DNA of 64,000 nucleotides from Candidatus Hydrogenedentota bacterium (GTDB lineage Bacteria; Hydrogenedentota; Hydrogenedentia; Hydrogenedentales; CAITNO01): NCBI GenBank assembly GCA_012730105.1, contig JAAYBJ010000278.1, positions 444 to 64,443 of the forward strand, read 5' to 3'. Shown piece by piece: positions 54,814 to 64,000 of this stretch (position 1 is its first letter; each line of letters starts with the position of its first letter). The notes under the pieces were generated by a model. It saw only the letters and a program-made list of their open reading frames with translations, ran no database searches and was not told where the DNA came from. The position numbers and the translations under genes were made by a program.

Positions 54814-56418
54814 ATGCGCTTTTTAGTCTCGGTCCTTATTGCACTCTTTTTGGTGTTACCTGTAACTGCCGAAACGGTTGTCGGAACAGTGTACCATGAT
54901 GTGAATGCCAATTTTGTCATGGATGCGAATGAACCAGGCATTCCCGATGTGGCCGTGTCCAATGGGGAGGCCGTGGTGATGACGGACAGTGCGGGACGAT
55001 ATACCCTGGACGTCACTGACCCGGGCATTGTGTTCGTGGTTAAGCCGGGTAACTGGAAGGTGCTCCAGGATCCTGACACTGGAGTGCGTAACTTCTATTA
55101 TCCTCACCGGCCGCAAGGGTCCCCGAAACTCAAGTTCGGCGGAATCCCCGCCACCGGGGCATTGCCTGGAGAAATTAACTTCCCGCTTCAGCCGCAGCCC
55201 GTGGAGGGGCCTGTCCGCATGCTTGTCCTGGGGGACACCCAGGTCCGTGACTTTGATGAGGTCCGCTATTTCCTGAGGGACCTGGTGACGGAGATCACCG
55301 GGCTGGATGTTGCGTTCGGATGCGTTTTGGGGGATGTGGTATTCAATAATCCGCGCATGTTCGCGCCGCTCAGGCAGGCCGCTGCGCAGGCGGGGCTGAA
55401 CTGGCATTTTGTGCCGGGCAACCATGACGCGGATTTCGACGCCCCGTCTCTCGACTACACCTATGAAACCTTCCAGCGCGAGATCGGCCCGTCCTATTAC
55501 GCCGCCGCCTATGGCAATACCCATATCCTTGTACTAAACGATATCCGCTATGAACTCCCCTCCGAAGACTATCATGCGGAGTTGGGAAAACAGCAGCAGG
55601 CCTTTGTCCGAAATTACCTCGCTAACGTGCCCAAGGATGCTTTTATCATCCTGTTAATGCACATCCCCATCATGCGCATTCAGGACAAGGTCGAATTGTT
55701 CGAGACCATCGCCGACTTTCCAAACTGCATTTCCTTGTCTGCCCATACGCATGACCATGCTCATTATTTTCTCGATGCCGGGGAGGGCTGGCCGGGTACG
55801 AAGCCTCATCACCATATCGTGCAAGGAACCGCATGCGGTTCCTGGTATCGTGGTTTCCCCAACGCCGTGGGCATTCCGGAGGCCGTCATGTCGGACGGAA
55901 CGCCGAAAGGGTATTCCATCCTTACGATAGGCGGCAGTGTCTATGATCTCGCTTATCACCCCTCAAACCGTCCAAACACTTACCAGATGGACGTGCATGC
56001 GCCGGAACGGGTAACCATTACGAGCGAAGAGAGGGGAGAGGTGGTTGTTAATTTCTTTAACGGCACGGAACGCTGTCAGGTGGAAATGCGTTGTAACGAG
56101 GGGGTCTGGGTGCCCATGGAGCGGTTTACCGGGAAGGCGCCTTACTATGTGGAGCTCACGGAACGCCAGAACCGGTTCGTCAAACTGGTTGCCGAAGGCC
56201 GTGGTATCGACCAACTTGATGACAAAACCATCAGGCGGATTGACAATCAGTTCCGCCCCGCCATCGGCAGGGGAATGCCCGGCCCGAGTGACACCGGCCA
56301 TCTCTGGCGCGCCCTGGTTCCGGCTGAACTCCAAACCGGCTTTAACAGGATTGACATCCGTGCCACCACCATGTTCGGCCGCACCCACGAGGCGAAGGGA
56401 TATATTTACGGCGAGTAG
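54814..56418 (+). CDS. Secreted calcineurin-like metallophosphoesterase
   Basis: Signal peptide MRFLVSVLIALFLVLPVTAE. MLVLGDTQ, GDVVFNN and VPGNHD motifs. The ORF-track start at 54733 is an upstream extension through the repeat. Confidence 0.75.
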   Translation: MRFLVSVLIALFLVLPVTAETVVGTVYHDVNANFVMDANEPGIPDVAVSNGEAVVMTDSAGRYTLDVTDPGIVFVVKPGNWKVLQDPDTGVRNFYYPHRPQGSPKLKFGGIPATGALPGEINFPLQPQPVEGPVRMLVLGDTQVRDFDEVRYFLRDLVTEITGLDVAFGCVLGDVVFNNPRMFAPLRQAAAQAGLNWHFVPGNHDADFDAPSLDYTYETFQREIGPSYYAAAYGNTHILVLNDIRYELPSEDYHAELGKQQQAFVRNYLANVPKDAFIILLMHIPIMRIQDKVELFETIADFPNCISLSAHTHDHAHYFLDAGEGWPGTKPHHHIVQGTACGSWYRGFPNAVGIPEAVMSDGTPKGYSILTIGGSVYDLAYHPSNRPNTYQMDVHAPERVTITSEERGEVVVNFFNGTERCQVEMRCNEGVWVPMERFTGKAPYYVELTERQNRFVKLVAEGRGIDQLDDKTIRRIDNQFRPAIGRGMPGPSDTGHLWRALVPAELQTGFNRIDIRATTMFGRTHEAKGYIYGE

Positions 56419-56448
56419 ACGGATGGCATGAAAATGCGGGCTGTCCGG

Positions 56449-57333
56449 TTAAACCGTTTCATCGCCTGTTGAGGCCACCCACTGCCGGGCATATGCTACG
56501 GTTTCGAGTTCAATGTCGCATACATTGCTCCCGAGAAAGATCATGCCTTCAATTCTGCCTTGCCGTAACCATTCCCGGCCCAGGGCGCATTGCTTTTTCA
56601 TCAAGTCCAGCGGCATCGGGGCGCGGTTGCCGTAATCCCACATGTAGCAGCCAAGCAGTTTTCCGTGTTTGGGTGCGACATGCTCGAGCCGCTCAAAATT
56701 GCGCTCCAAATTGTTCAAATCTTCGGATTTCCAGGTCCAGAAAGTGATTTTATCGCAGAAGTCCAGGTAGGGCTGGATGGGCAGATCCAACTGGTGTAGA
56801 TAGAGCACCACATACAGGGGCCGGCTGACGGTGTCCGCGTTGATCTGGTCCCGCAAGGTTTGAAGTTGTTCGAGCGTGAGGGCCCCGGTGCCGTCATGGG
56901 TAAAAAAGTCGTCCATGATGAACCCGGTGATGTTCGGAAAGCGGCGCGCCAAGTCGAACACGTGGTCCCGCACTTCTGTGTTCGTTTCACCGCCTGCACC
57001 GGTCATGGACCAGACCACGCGCTTCAGAGGCCGCAGGGATATGGCGTAGGGATCGAAGGGCGTTTCCGGCTCGCTGTTATACCGTACCATCATCAGATTG
57101 GGCACCCCCAGGTAAAATGCGCCCTCCGCGGGCGTCATGCGCGACGGACGCGGCAGGTTCCATTCCTTGTTGTGGGCGCCCGGAATGTGTCCCCATATCC
57201 AGAGCCGGTCGCGCACCGTCTGGTCTTCATCGATACCCTGCGCGGCGGCAGGCGCGGTTGAGGTGCTCAGCGCGGCGGCGGTGACCGCGCCCAAATGAAC
57301 AAAAGATCTCCGACTGAAACGTGTGGCGTTCAT
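56449..57333 (-). CDS. Tat-signal secreted hypothetical protein
   Basis: Twin-arginine signal MNATRFSRRSFVHLGAVTAAALSTSTAPAAAQG; 294 aa. Confidence 0.5.
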   Translation of the reverse strand: MNATRFSRRSFVHLGAVTAAALSTSTAPAAAQGIDEDQTVRDRLWIWGHIPGAHNKEWNLPRPSRMTPAEGAFYLGVPNLMMVRYNSEPETPFDPYAISLRPLKRVVWSMTGAGGETNTEVRDHVFDLARRFPNITGFIMDDFFTHDGTGALTLEQLQTLRDQINADTVSRPLYVVLYLHQLDLPIQPYLDFCDKITFWTWKSEDLNNLERNFERLEHVAPKHGKLLGCYMWDYGNRAPMPLDLMKKQCALGREWLRQGRIEGMIFLGSNVCDIELETVAYARQWVASTGDETV

Positions 57334-57549
57334 AAATGATGCGCCTTTCCCTGTTTTTCCGGCCCGGGCATAAAGAGCAACGCTTTGCCGTACAGGGCCC
57401 CAATAGCCCGGGCGTTTTGCTCTCCTGCTGCATTCGTGTCGGCGAGATGAATAGTATACCCCTTAGTGTAACCGGAACATAGCGGTTATTTAGGCCCTCA
57501 TTGAATTGACCCGTCCCTCCGGTAAATGATACACTGTATCCATGCCCTT

Positions 57550-57643
<94 letters not shown>

Positions 57644-57969
57644 TTTATCCGCTTCCCATCCCTGCGGATAAAGATCCCATTTCCCCCGAACTCCCCTTCC
57701 CTCATCATTAGGTATTCCGGTGTCTTTGCCCTTTGTCATGAAAAAAGCGCAGATAAAGATGCCATAAGTCCTATGGGTCCCATACGTCTCATACGTCACA
57801 TAAGTTCCATTCCTCGCCTGGAACTGGAATACTGCTCATGCGTTGCCCTCGGAAATGGGGACCTGCAGATCGCCTTTCCTGATGCTGTATTGCTCTTTTC
57901 CCCCTGAACCTGTTTTTGGGTTATTATCATGTGCACAGTGTGATTTAGCCCTACTATAGGAGAGCGAAG

Positions 57970-60312
57970 ATGAGGCCGGTCCTGATCCTTTTTATGGCGG
58001 TGATAGGTGTCAATTTCTCAACGGCCGCTGCGGAGGGGCTGTCCGCGGTCATCTTGTGCGCCTCGGATGCCTCCCCCCTGGAGCAGTATGCCGCGCGGGA
58101 AATACGGCGATATACCTATCTGCGCACAGGACAGATGCTGCCCATCGTGGCTGAGATGGACTGGGGCAAAAATACTGCCATTGTTGTCATGAACAAGGAC
58201 CGTCGGGAGTGGGCATGGGGTGCGGTGGAGAACATTCCCTATGATGCGGCCGCGGATGCCACGGACCAGGTTGTGCTTCGTGAATTCCTGGACACGGATG
58301 TAGCAGGCCTGGAGAAAGGCGCTTTTCTGTTGCGCACCCTTTATATGCAGTATCAGAAACGGCGGTGTCTGTTCGTGACCGGGGCGGGCGATATCGAAAC
58401 CTTATATGGCGCGTACCGTTTCGCGGAATTGCTGGGAATCCGCTTTTACCTTCATGGCGATGTCGTGCCTGATGTGCGGGAACAGCTTCCGTTGATTACT
58501 GACATCAACGAACGGCACGCGCCCGTGTTCCCTTTGCGGGGCATTCAGCCCTTTCATGATTTTCCTGAGGGACCGGACTGGTGGACCTTGGAACACTATC
58601 GCGCGGTGATTGCCCAGTTGCCCAAAATGGGCATGAACTTTATCGGCCTGCATACCTATCCCCTTGCCGAGCCGACCGTTTGGGTGGGCGAGCCGGGAGA
58701 TATCAACGAGGACGGCACGGTCAGAAAAAGTTATCCTGCCCAATATTACAATACGGCCTTGGCGGTGGGCTGGGGCTATGCGGTGCGCCCGACCAGCCGG
58801 TATGCCTGCGGTGCGTCCCAACTGTTTCCACGTGACGGTTACGGCGTGGATTTCCTGAGTTCTTTCACCCCCCGGCCCGATTCCGAGGAAGCCTGCAACG
58901 AAGTTTTTAACCGTACGGGCGAAGTGTATAACGAGGCCTTTTCCCTTGCTTGTGAATTGGGGGTAAAGACCTGTGTCGGCACGGAGACCCCGCTGACAAT
59001 TCCCAAATACATTCTGGAAAAACAGGTCCCGTCCGCGGGCGCCATTGCCCCGCTTGGCGGTTCCATTGCCCGTTACGGCAGCCCCATCGCCAATACGGAA
59101 GCCGATCCGCTGTATCAGTCGGTGCGGTACAACGTGTCGGGATATCGCTTTGCCGTACCCGAAGGGAAGTACACGGTAGTGTTAAAATTCTCCGAGGTCG
59201 CCTACGATACGGCCGGTGCGCGGGTATTTGACGTGCTCCTGCAGGACAAGCCGGTAATTGAGGGGCTTGACATCTTTGCCAGGGCGGGGAAAAATGCCGC
59301 GTTGGACTTTTCCTTTCCCGGCATCGAAGTTAGTGGCGGGGCACTGAACGTGGGATTTCGCGCCGTGATCGAATTCCCGGCCATTGCCGCCCTAGCCGTT
59401 GAAGGAAACAATGTTTCCTATAAAGTCAATTGCGGCGGAGACGCCTACGAAGACTGGGTGGCGGATGCCGGTATAGAGGCGGACCCGGCGTTGACTCAAA
59501 AAGTGTACGAGGGAATATTCAAGCGCATCATGCGGGCCCATCCCCTGGACTATTACTGGTTCTGGACACCTGAAAACTGGACATGGGAGGGAGCCACGGA
59601 AATACAGGCAAGCCGGACCATTCGTGACCTTGCCGCCGCCTGCGCGGCGCGCGAAGCCGTCAATGCCCCGTTTCAACTGGCTACCTGCGGGTGGGTGCTG
59701 GGACCGCCCTTTGACCGCGCCTACCTGGATCATCAGCTGCCAAAGGAAGTGTCCGTCAGCACCATTAACCGTCACCTGGGTTATGAGCCCGTGGACGCCG
59801 CCTTTGACAAAATTGAAGGGCGCGGCAAGTGGGCCATTCCCTGGGTGGAAGACGATCCGGCCCTAGCCTCCCCCCAGTTCTGGGCGCGCCGTATGCGCAG
59901 GGACGCGCGGGCGGCGCGTGAATACGGTTGTGACGGGCTTATGGGCATCTTTTGGCGCACCCGGGGTATTGCGCCCACCCTCGCGTGCCTCGCGCGCGCC
60001 GCTTGGAGCCAGGACTGGCCGGAGACAGGATCCCCTGAAGGCCATTACCGCCTGCGCGACACCGAGGCGGGTTTCCCCGTATATACCGCGTATACCCCGG
60101 CGGAAATTGAGGGCACCGACGACGATCCTTTATATCGGGCAACCCGTCTCGATGCCAAGGCCTATGTAGTGGCCGTTCCGAACGGACCCTGCATTTTTGC
60201 GAAGGACAGCACGGACCGGGTGCCCGGGTATTTGATGTGCTGCTGCAGGACAGGCTGGTGTTGGATGACTTGGATATCGCCAAGGAAGCCGGCAGGAATC
60301 ATGCCCTGGTAA
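57970..60312 (+). CDS. Secreted glycoside-hydrolase-like protein with malectin-like domain (5' part of a frameshifted gene)
   Basis: Signal peptide MRPVLILFMAVIGVNFSTAAA. N-terminal plus TIM-barrel-like region (LRGIQPFHDFPEGPDWW...KMGMNFIGLHTYP). Malectin-like YNVSGYRFAVPEGKYTVVLKFSEVAYDTAGARVFDVLLQD...VNCGGDAY. The reading frame breaks near 60186, inside a second malectin copy. Confidence 0.6.
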   Translation: MRPVLILFMAVIGVNFSTAAAEGLSAVILCASDASPLEQYAAREIRRYTYLRTGQMLPIVAEMDWGKNTAIVVMNKDRREWAWGAVENIPYDAAADATDQVVLREFLDTDVAGLEKGAFLLRTLYMQYQKRRCLFVTGAGDIETLYGAYRFAELLGIRFYLHGDVVPDVREQLPLITDINERHAPVFPLRGIQPFHDFPEGPDWWTLEHYRAVIAQLPKMGMNFIGLHTYPLAEPTVWVGEPGDINEDGTVRKSYPAQYYNTALAVGWGYAVRPTSRYACGASQLFPRDGYGVDFLSSFTPRPDSEEACNEVFNRTGEVYNEAFSLACELGVKTCVGTETPLTIPKYILEKQVPSAGAIAPLGGSIARYGSPIANTEADPLYQSVRYNVSGYRFAVPEGKYTVVLKFSEVAYDTAGARVFDVLLQDKPVIEGLDIFARAGKNAALDFSFPGIEVSGGALNVGFRAVIEFPAIAALAVEGNNVSYKVNCGGDAYEDWVADAGIEADPALTQKVYEGIFKRIMRAHPLDYYWFWTPENWTWEGATEIQASRTIRDLAAACAAREAVNAPFQLATCGWVLGPPFDRAYLDHQLPKEVSVSTINRHLGYEPVDAAFDKIEGRGKWAIPWVEDDPALASPQFWARRMRRDARAAREYGCDGLMGIFWRTRGIAPTLACLARAAWSQDWPETGSPEGHYRLRDTEAGFPVYTAYTPAEIEGTDDDPLYRATRLDAKAYVVAVPNGPCIFAKDSTDRVPGYLMCCCRTGWCWMTWISPRKPAGIMPW

Positions 60313-61415
60313 AGACCTTTGACGGCATTCCCGTCAACGATGGCCGTCTACGGATTTCCTTTGAACGGGTGCGGGATTGGCCGTGCATCGCGGCCATTGA
60401 GGTGGAATGCGGGGATACGACGCTTAAAGTGAACTGTGGCGGCGGGGCTTACAAAGACTTCGCCGGGGATGTCCCTCACTGGCCGGAAGATCCTTCAGCG
60501 CTGGATTTCTATACCGATTGGGCTGTTCATGAATTCGGAGCATCCATAGGCGCCGAAGCGGGTGAAATCTGGCATCAAATCGACGGGGCGCATCCGCGCA
60601 CCTCCACTTGGAAAGACGGACCGGGTAATTTTCTACCTGATGAGCGGCCGTGGGAACTGGTACGGGAGGAATATGCTTTCGTGGACGCATTTGAAGCGCT
60701 GCGCGGCCGGATACAGGGAAAGGGAAGCCTGGAACGGTTTGACTATTGGCTGCACACCCTTGCCTACCTGCGCGCCACGGCAGAAATGAATTGCCTGTGG
60801 GCGGTGTTCAACCGTGCCATGGACGAAGTCAGGGCGGCGCCAGCCGAACAGCAGTCCGCGCTTGCCCATGAGAAAGCGCTCCCCGCACGTGTCGCGCTTG
60901 TCACAGCGGTTACGAAAGCGTATGCCCAGCTGCTGGGTACCGTCTCTACCTACGGGGAACTCGGCACCATCTGTAACCTTGAAGCCCACACGTTCCCCGC
61001 CATGTTGGACACTCCGGAGAAAGAATTGGAAGCCCTTCTGGGAGAAGTCCTGCCCCGGGAGGCTTTGTTACCCGACACGTACACGGGCGAGACGCGCGTT
61101 GTTGTACCCGCAATACGAACAAGCCGTCGGCCGGGCGAGGCCCTCGACCTCGAAGTCCTGACGCTCAGTCCGGAACCTGTGGTCAAGGTTGTTTTACACT
61201 GGCGGGTGATGGGCGAAGGGGATTATACCCAACAGACCTTTGATCCTGTAGCGCGCGGCGTGTATCACGGACGCTTCGCTTCCTTTCCCGGGAATGACGA
61301 TATCGAGTATTATATCGAGGCGGTCACGGCGGACAACGCGTCCGTATATTGGCCCGCTTCCGCGCCCGATATTAATCAAACCGTGATCGTGCATTCCACC
61401 GCGTCGGCAGGGTAG
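60237..61415 (+). CDS. 3' part of the same frameshifted gene (second malectin-like domain + C-terminal domain)
   Basis: Upstream in this frame the sequence reads ...RTLHFCEGQHGPGARVFDVLLQDRLVLDDLDIAKEAG...VNCGGGAY, which parallels the first malectin copy. It continues from the 57970 ORF after a -1 shift. Confidence 0.55.
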   Translation: MLLQDRLVLDDLDIAKEAGRNHALVKTFDGIPVNDGRLRISFERVRDWPCIAAIEVECGDTTLKVNCGGGAYKDFAGDVPHWPEDPSALDFYTDWAVHEFGASIGAEAGEIWHQIDGAHPRTSTWKDGPGNFLPDERPWELVREEYAFVDAFEALRGRIQGKGSLERFDYWLHTLAYLRATAEMNCLWAVFNRAMDEVRAAPAEQQSALAHEKALPARVALVTAVTKAYAQLLGTVSTYGELGTICNLEAHTFPAMLDTPEKELEALLGEVLPREALLPDTYTGETRVVVPAIRTSRRPGEALDLEVLTLSPEPVVKVVLHWRVMGEGDYTQQTFDPVARGVYHGRFASFPGNDDIEYYIEAVTADNASVYWPASAPDINQTVIVHSTASAG

Positions 61416-61470
61416 AATAGCCTCTTGTCCGTATTGCGGGAGTTAGTGTGTTGTCACCTTATTCTCGAGA

Positions 61471-61745
61471 TACCGCTATCAAAAACAAGAAGATTTGCAG
61501 GTTGTTCACGCTTTTGTGAGCACGAAGATTAGGGCTCGTGTTTTGTAATCGTTCATCGTAATCGTGATTCGTAATCGAATCCATCTTGAAATTTTTCAAT
61601 TACGAGTACGATTTACGAGCACGAATATTATAAGGCGTTGGATGGCCGGCAAAGTCCATGTTAGTAGATTATCAGCTCGTAGCCGCTATCAAAAACAAGA
61701 AGATTTGTATGTTGTTCACGCTTTAGCGTGCTATGTTGTTCAAGT
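61471..61745 (+). repeat. ~55-bp direct repeat pair in low-GC repeat-rich intergenic region
   Basis: ccgctatcaaaaacaagaagatttgcaggttgttcacgcttttgtgagc (61471-) versus ccgctatcaaaaacaagaagatttgtatgttgttcacgctttagcgtgc (61683-). Between them lie cgtaatcg x3 and tacgag/gagcacgaa motifs. Confidence 0.65.
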
Positions 61746-61857
61746 TTCAGGTTTAAACACGCACACTAAAGTGTGGACAACATACTTTTGAAACGTTTTG
61801 TGGGTTGCGGGCAATGCCCGCGTTAGTAGCTTAACCGTAAGAAGAACAGGAGAAGCC

Positions 61858-63090
61858 ATGAAGCAGTTACACCTTGGAATAATTGCGGGAATGATTGTGA
61901 CCGCGTCCTTGAACGCCTTTGCCCAGGACTGGCAGTCCCTTACCCCGGGTAACAGCCTGGACGGCTGGCGCGTGCTCGGCGGCGAATGGCGGATAACCGA
62001 AGACGGCGTCATCGTCGGCAAAGCCGCGAAGGACGCGAACGGCTGGCTGCTGTATGAAAAAAGTATGTTTGCCGATTGTGAAATAACCTTTGACTTCCGC
62101 ACCCCGGTCCCCACCAACGGCGGGTTGCAGCTGCGCTCGCATTGGCTGCCGCGCATGCCGCTGCAGGAGGGAGAGACCATCGAAAACGCGACCCGTCAAA
62201 TGCACGGCTACCAGGTCAACGTGGAAACCCGCAGGCGTCTCGGCACCGGGATCATCATGGAAGAAAATGGGCGCGGATACCTGGCGGAGCCTGCTGCGGA
62301 CGCGGTGAAGACCCTGAAACAGCGCGACTGGAATACGGTTCGCGTCGTCGCCCGAGGAAATCTCATCGAAGTGTATCTCCATGACGTGCTGGCCTGCCGC
62401 GTGGAGGACGAGGCCTTTATCAACGGTTATGTCGCCCTGCAGCTGAATCCCTATCAGGCGAAGGAGGAGTTCAACGAAATTGAGTACCGTAACGTCCGCG
62501 TCAAGGATTACGGCCACGAAGGCAATTGGCGGGCCCTGTTTGACGGCGCCACACTGAACGGGTGGAAGCAATGGGGTGAAGAGGACTGGCAGGCGCAGGA
62601 AGGTGTCATCTGGGGCAAAAGCGGTCCCAAAAAATCAGAGGGCTATCTCGCCACGGAGGAAATTTTCAAGGATTTCCGCGTGCGTGGCGGCTTCAAGGTC
62701 ACCGGGGACGGCAATTACGGCCTTTTCTACCATTCCACAATCACTCCCCGTGCGGAGGATGGTTATCCCGTTATCGCCGGGCTTCAAGGGGAAGTGGAAC
62801 CCGGCTACCCCGGCAGTACGGGCTGGGTCTATGAAAGTTATCAACGGGGCTGGCTCGTTGAGCCTGACCACAACACCATGCAGTCAACCGCTCTGCGCGT
62901 GGGGGAATGGAATGAAATCGAAATCCGCACGAAGGGCAATCATGTCACCACCTGGGTCAACGGTATCCGGGTGCTGGACCTGGAAGACAGCGGCCAGAAA
63001 CTTTTCGAAGGCAGTTTCGCCCTGCAATTGCATACGGGCGGCGCCGACGGTATCGGCTGGAAAGACCTTTACGTGTTGCAGACGCCCTGA
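61858..63090 (+). CDS. Secreted protein with two tandem DUF1080 (3-keto-disaccharide hydrolase-like, LamG/jelly-roll) domains
   Basis: Signal peptide MKQLHLGIIAGMIVTASLNAFAQDW. Two copies of the D-W-x-G-W...G...NGG...Y pattern (DGWRVLGGEWRITEDGVIVGK; NGWKQWGEEDWQAQEGVIWGK). The ORF-track start at 61798 is an upstream extension. Confidence 0.75.
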   Translation: MKQLHLGIIAGMIVTASLNAFAQDWQSLTPGNSLDGWRVLGGEWRITEDGVIVGKAAKDANGWLLYEKSMFADCEITFDFRTPVPTNGGLQLRSHWLPRMPLQEGETIENATRQMHGYQVNVETRRRLGTGIIMEENGRGYLAEPAADAVKTLKQRDWNTVRVVARGNLIEVYLHDVLACRVEDEAFINGYVALQLNPYQAKEEFNEIEYRNVRVKDYGHEGNWRALFDGATLNGWKQWGEEDWQAQEGVIWGKSGPKKSEGYLATEEIFKDFRVRGGFKVTGDGNYGLFYHSTITPRAEDGYPVIAGLQGEVEPGYPGSTGWVYESYQRGWLVEPDHNTMQSTALRVGEWNEIEIRTKGNHVTTWVNGIRVLDLEDSGQKLFEGSFALQLHTGGADGIGWKDLYVLQTP

Positions 63091-63353
63091 GCGCCCGTAC
63101 GGAATTCAGCCAATGAATGTAGAAGCGGCGTCCTCGCCGCTTTCAACCCTGCAAAGATGCCGCGTCTACATTTTCATCGTTTATAGGGGAGGCATAGCCT
63201 CATGGTGAACTGCACCGCATTTGCTTCAGTACACTACGATTTACGCCTGGCAAATGTTTTAAGTTAGTGCCATTCCGAGCATCACACTTAATTATGCTTA
63301 ACCCAATGTTAGATCGAAGATTCAGTTTCCCGCACAACGCCACAGGGTACATC

Positions 63354-63758
63354 TTATTGTATCAGCATTGTCCGAAATCCTGCCTGCTCAAAATGACGGT
63401 CGCAGGTCAATGCGTCGGTGATACCCATTTCTTGCATAAGAGCAAAGGAAATGCAGTCGGTCAACGACCACTCCTTGTCGGGCCGTTCAACAAAGAGCGC
63501 CAGTCCCGCTTCGAAGACGTGATGCGAACCGTGGATAATTTCCACACGGGGCGCCGATTCCAAACCCTTGACCAGTTCCATGAATAATTGGCGCAGATGC
63601 CCTTGCGACATCAACGCGCCCAACTCGCACAGAACATATTCAGAAGTCACCATGCTTCCACGATATGCAGCGGACACATTCATCGCACTGCCGTGCCACT
63701 TGTCTTTGGGATTCAACAACGCCTGGTAAAACGATGTGTCCGCAAAGGCCGTCTTCAT
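63354..63758 (-). CDS. vapC: PIN-domain toxin (VapC-like)
   Basis: MKTAFADTSFYQALLNPKDKWH is a typical PIN N-terminus with an acidic Asp. 134 aa. Overlaps the upstream small gene by 4 nt. Confidence 0.65.
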   Translation of the reverse strand: MKTAFADTSFYQALLNPKDKWHGSAMNVSAAYRGSMVTSEYVLCELGALMSQGHLRQLFMELVKGLESAPRVEIIHGSHHVFEAGLALFVERPDKEWSLTDCISFALMQEMGITDALTCDRHFEQAGFRTMLIQ

Positions 63759-63988
63759 TGTCCGTGGGCTTTCCGCAAGTAGACATCATGGTTTTCAGAC
63801 CAGTCGGCAGGCAAAGCTTCGGCTTTTCCGATAACCGATGCCAGTCGTTGCGCCAATGTCGGAACTTCCTGATCCTCTGCGGCGTCTTCAATCACCGCTA
63901 TCTCAAATCTTACTATAGCGCCTTCGGGCAGATTGATGGGTTCATCCAGCACAATCGCCCCGTTTCGCACATGTCCTTTGTATGTCAT
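63755..63988 (-). CDS. Antitoxin (DUF104 / AF2212-like family)
   Basis: MTYKGHVRNGAIVLDEPINLPEGAIVRFEI matches the DUF104 antitoxin pattern (YENGVLKP...LPEG...V). 77 aa. Translationally coupled to the PIN gene. Confidence 0.55.
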   Translation of the reverse strand: MTYKGHVRNGAIVLDEPINLPEGAIVRFEIAVIEDAAEDQEVPTLAQRLASVIGKAEALPADWSENHDVYLRKAHGQ

Positions 63989-64000
63989 TTCTTTCGCTCC

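Overview
This is a high-GC (~60%) chromosomal window from a diderm bacterium: an Omp85/TamA-TamB pair is present and there is no rRNA, CRISPR, transposase or integrase. The gene content (Tat-signal sulfatase, DUF1080 proteins, giant secreted multidomain proteins) is PVC-superphylum-like, but that is an inference only. Housekeeping genes (rimO, tamA/tamB, purA, rpsD, tRNA-Arg(ACG), tRNA-Ser(GCT), class II RNR nrdJ, thyX, speH with a deoxyhypusine-synthase-like gene, 2-oxoacid dehydrogenase E2/E3, a YdiJ-like FAD/Fe-S oxidoreductase) alternate with cell-envelope and secreted-protein accessory loci.

The most notable items are:
- A 2445-aa secreted giant protein (degenerate reprolysin-like zincin domain, Kelch propeller, IPT/TIG domains, C-terminal sorting-signal-like tail) followed directly by an 869-aa secreted partner with a degenerate matrixin motif. 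Both look like pseudo-metalloproteases.
- A DUF72 gene bracketed by two inverted, exactly 10-bp-phased 5-copy arrays of a GTCGGAC motif.
- A divergent SGNH-hydrolase paralog pair around a nested inverted-repeat intergenic region, next to a large TPR-tailed polytopic membrane protein and a second polytopic membrane protein (possibly GT-C family; family not verifiable by eye).
- A carbohydrate-active secreted-enzyme cluster (frameshifted malectin-domain glycosidase-like gene, tandem DUF1080, metallophosphoesterase) threaded with repeated ~90-bp structured elements and a conserved palindromic leader motif.
- A partial GLUG-repeat protein with a PASTA-like domain at the left edge and a VapBC-like toxin-antitoxin pair at the right edge.

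Many long antisense ORFs in the six-frame track are high-GC artefacts and were rejected.
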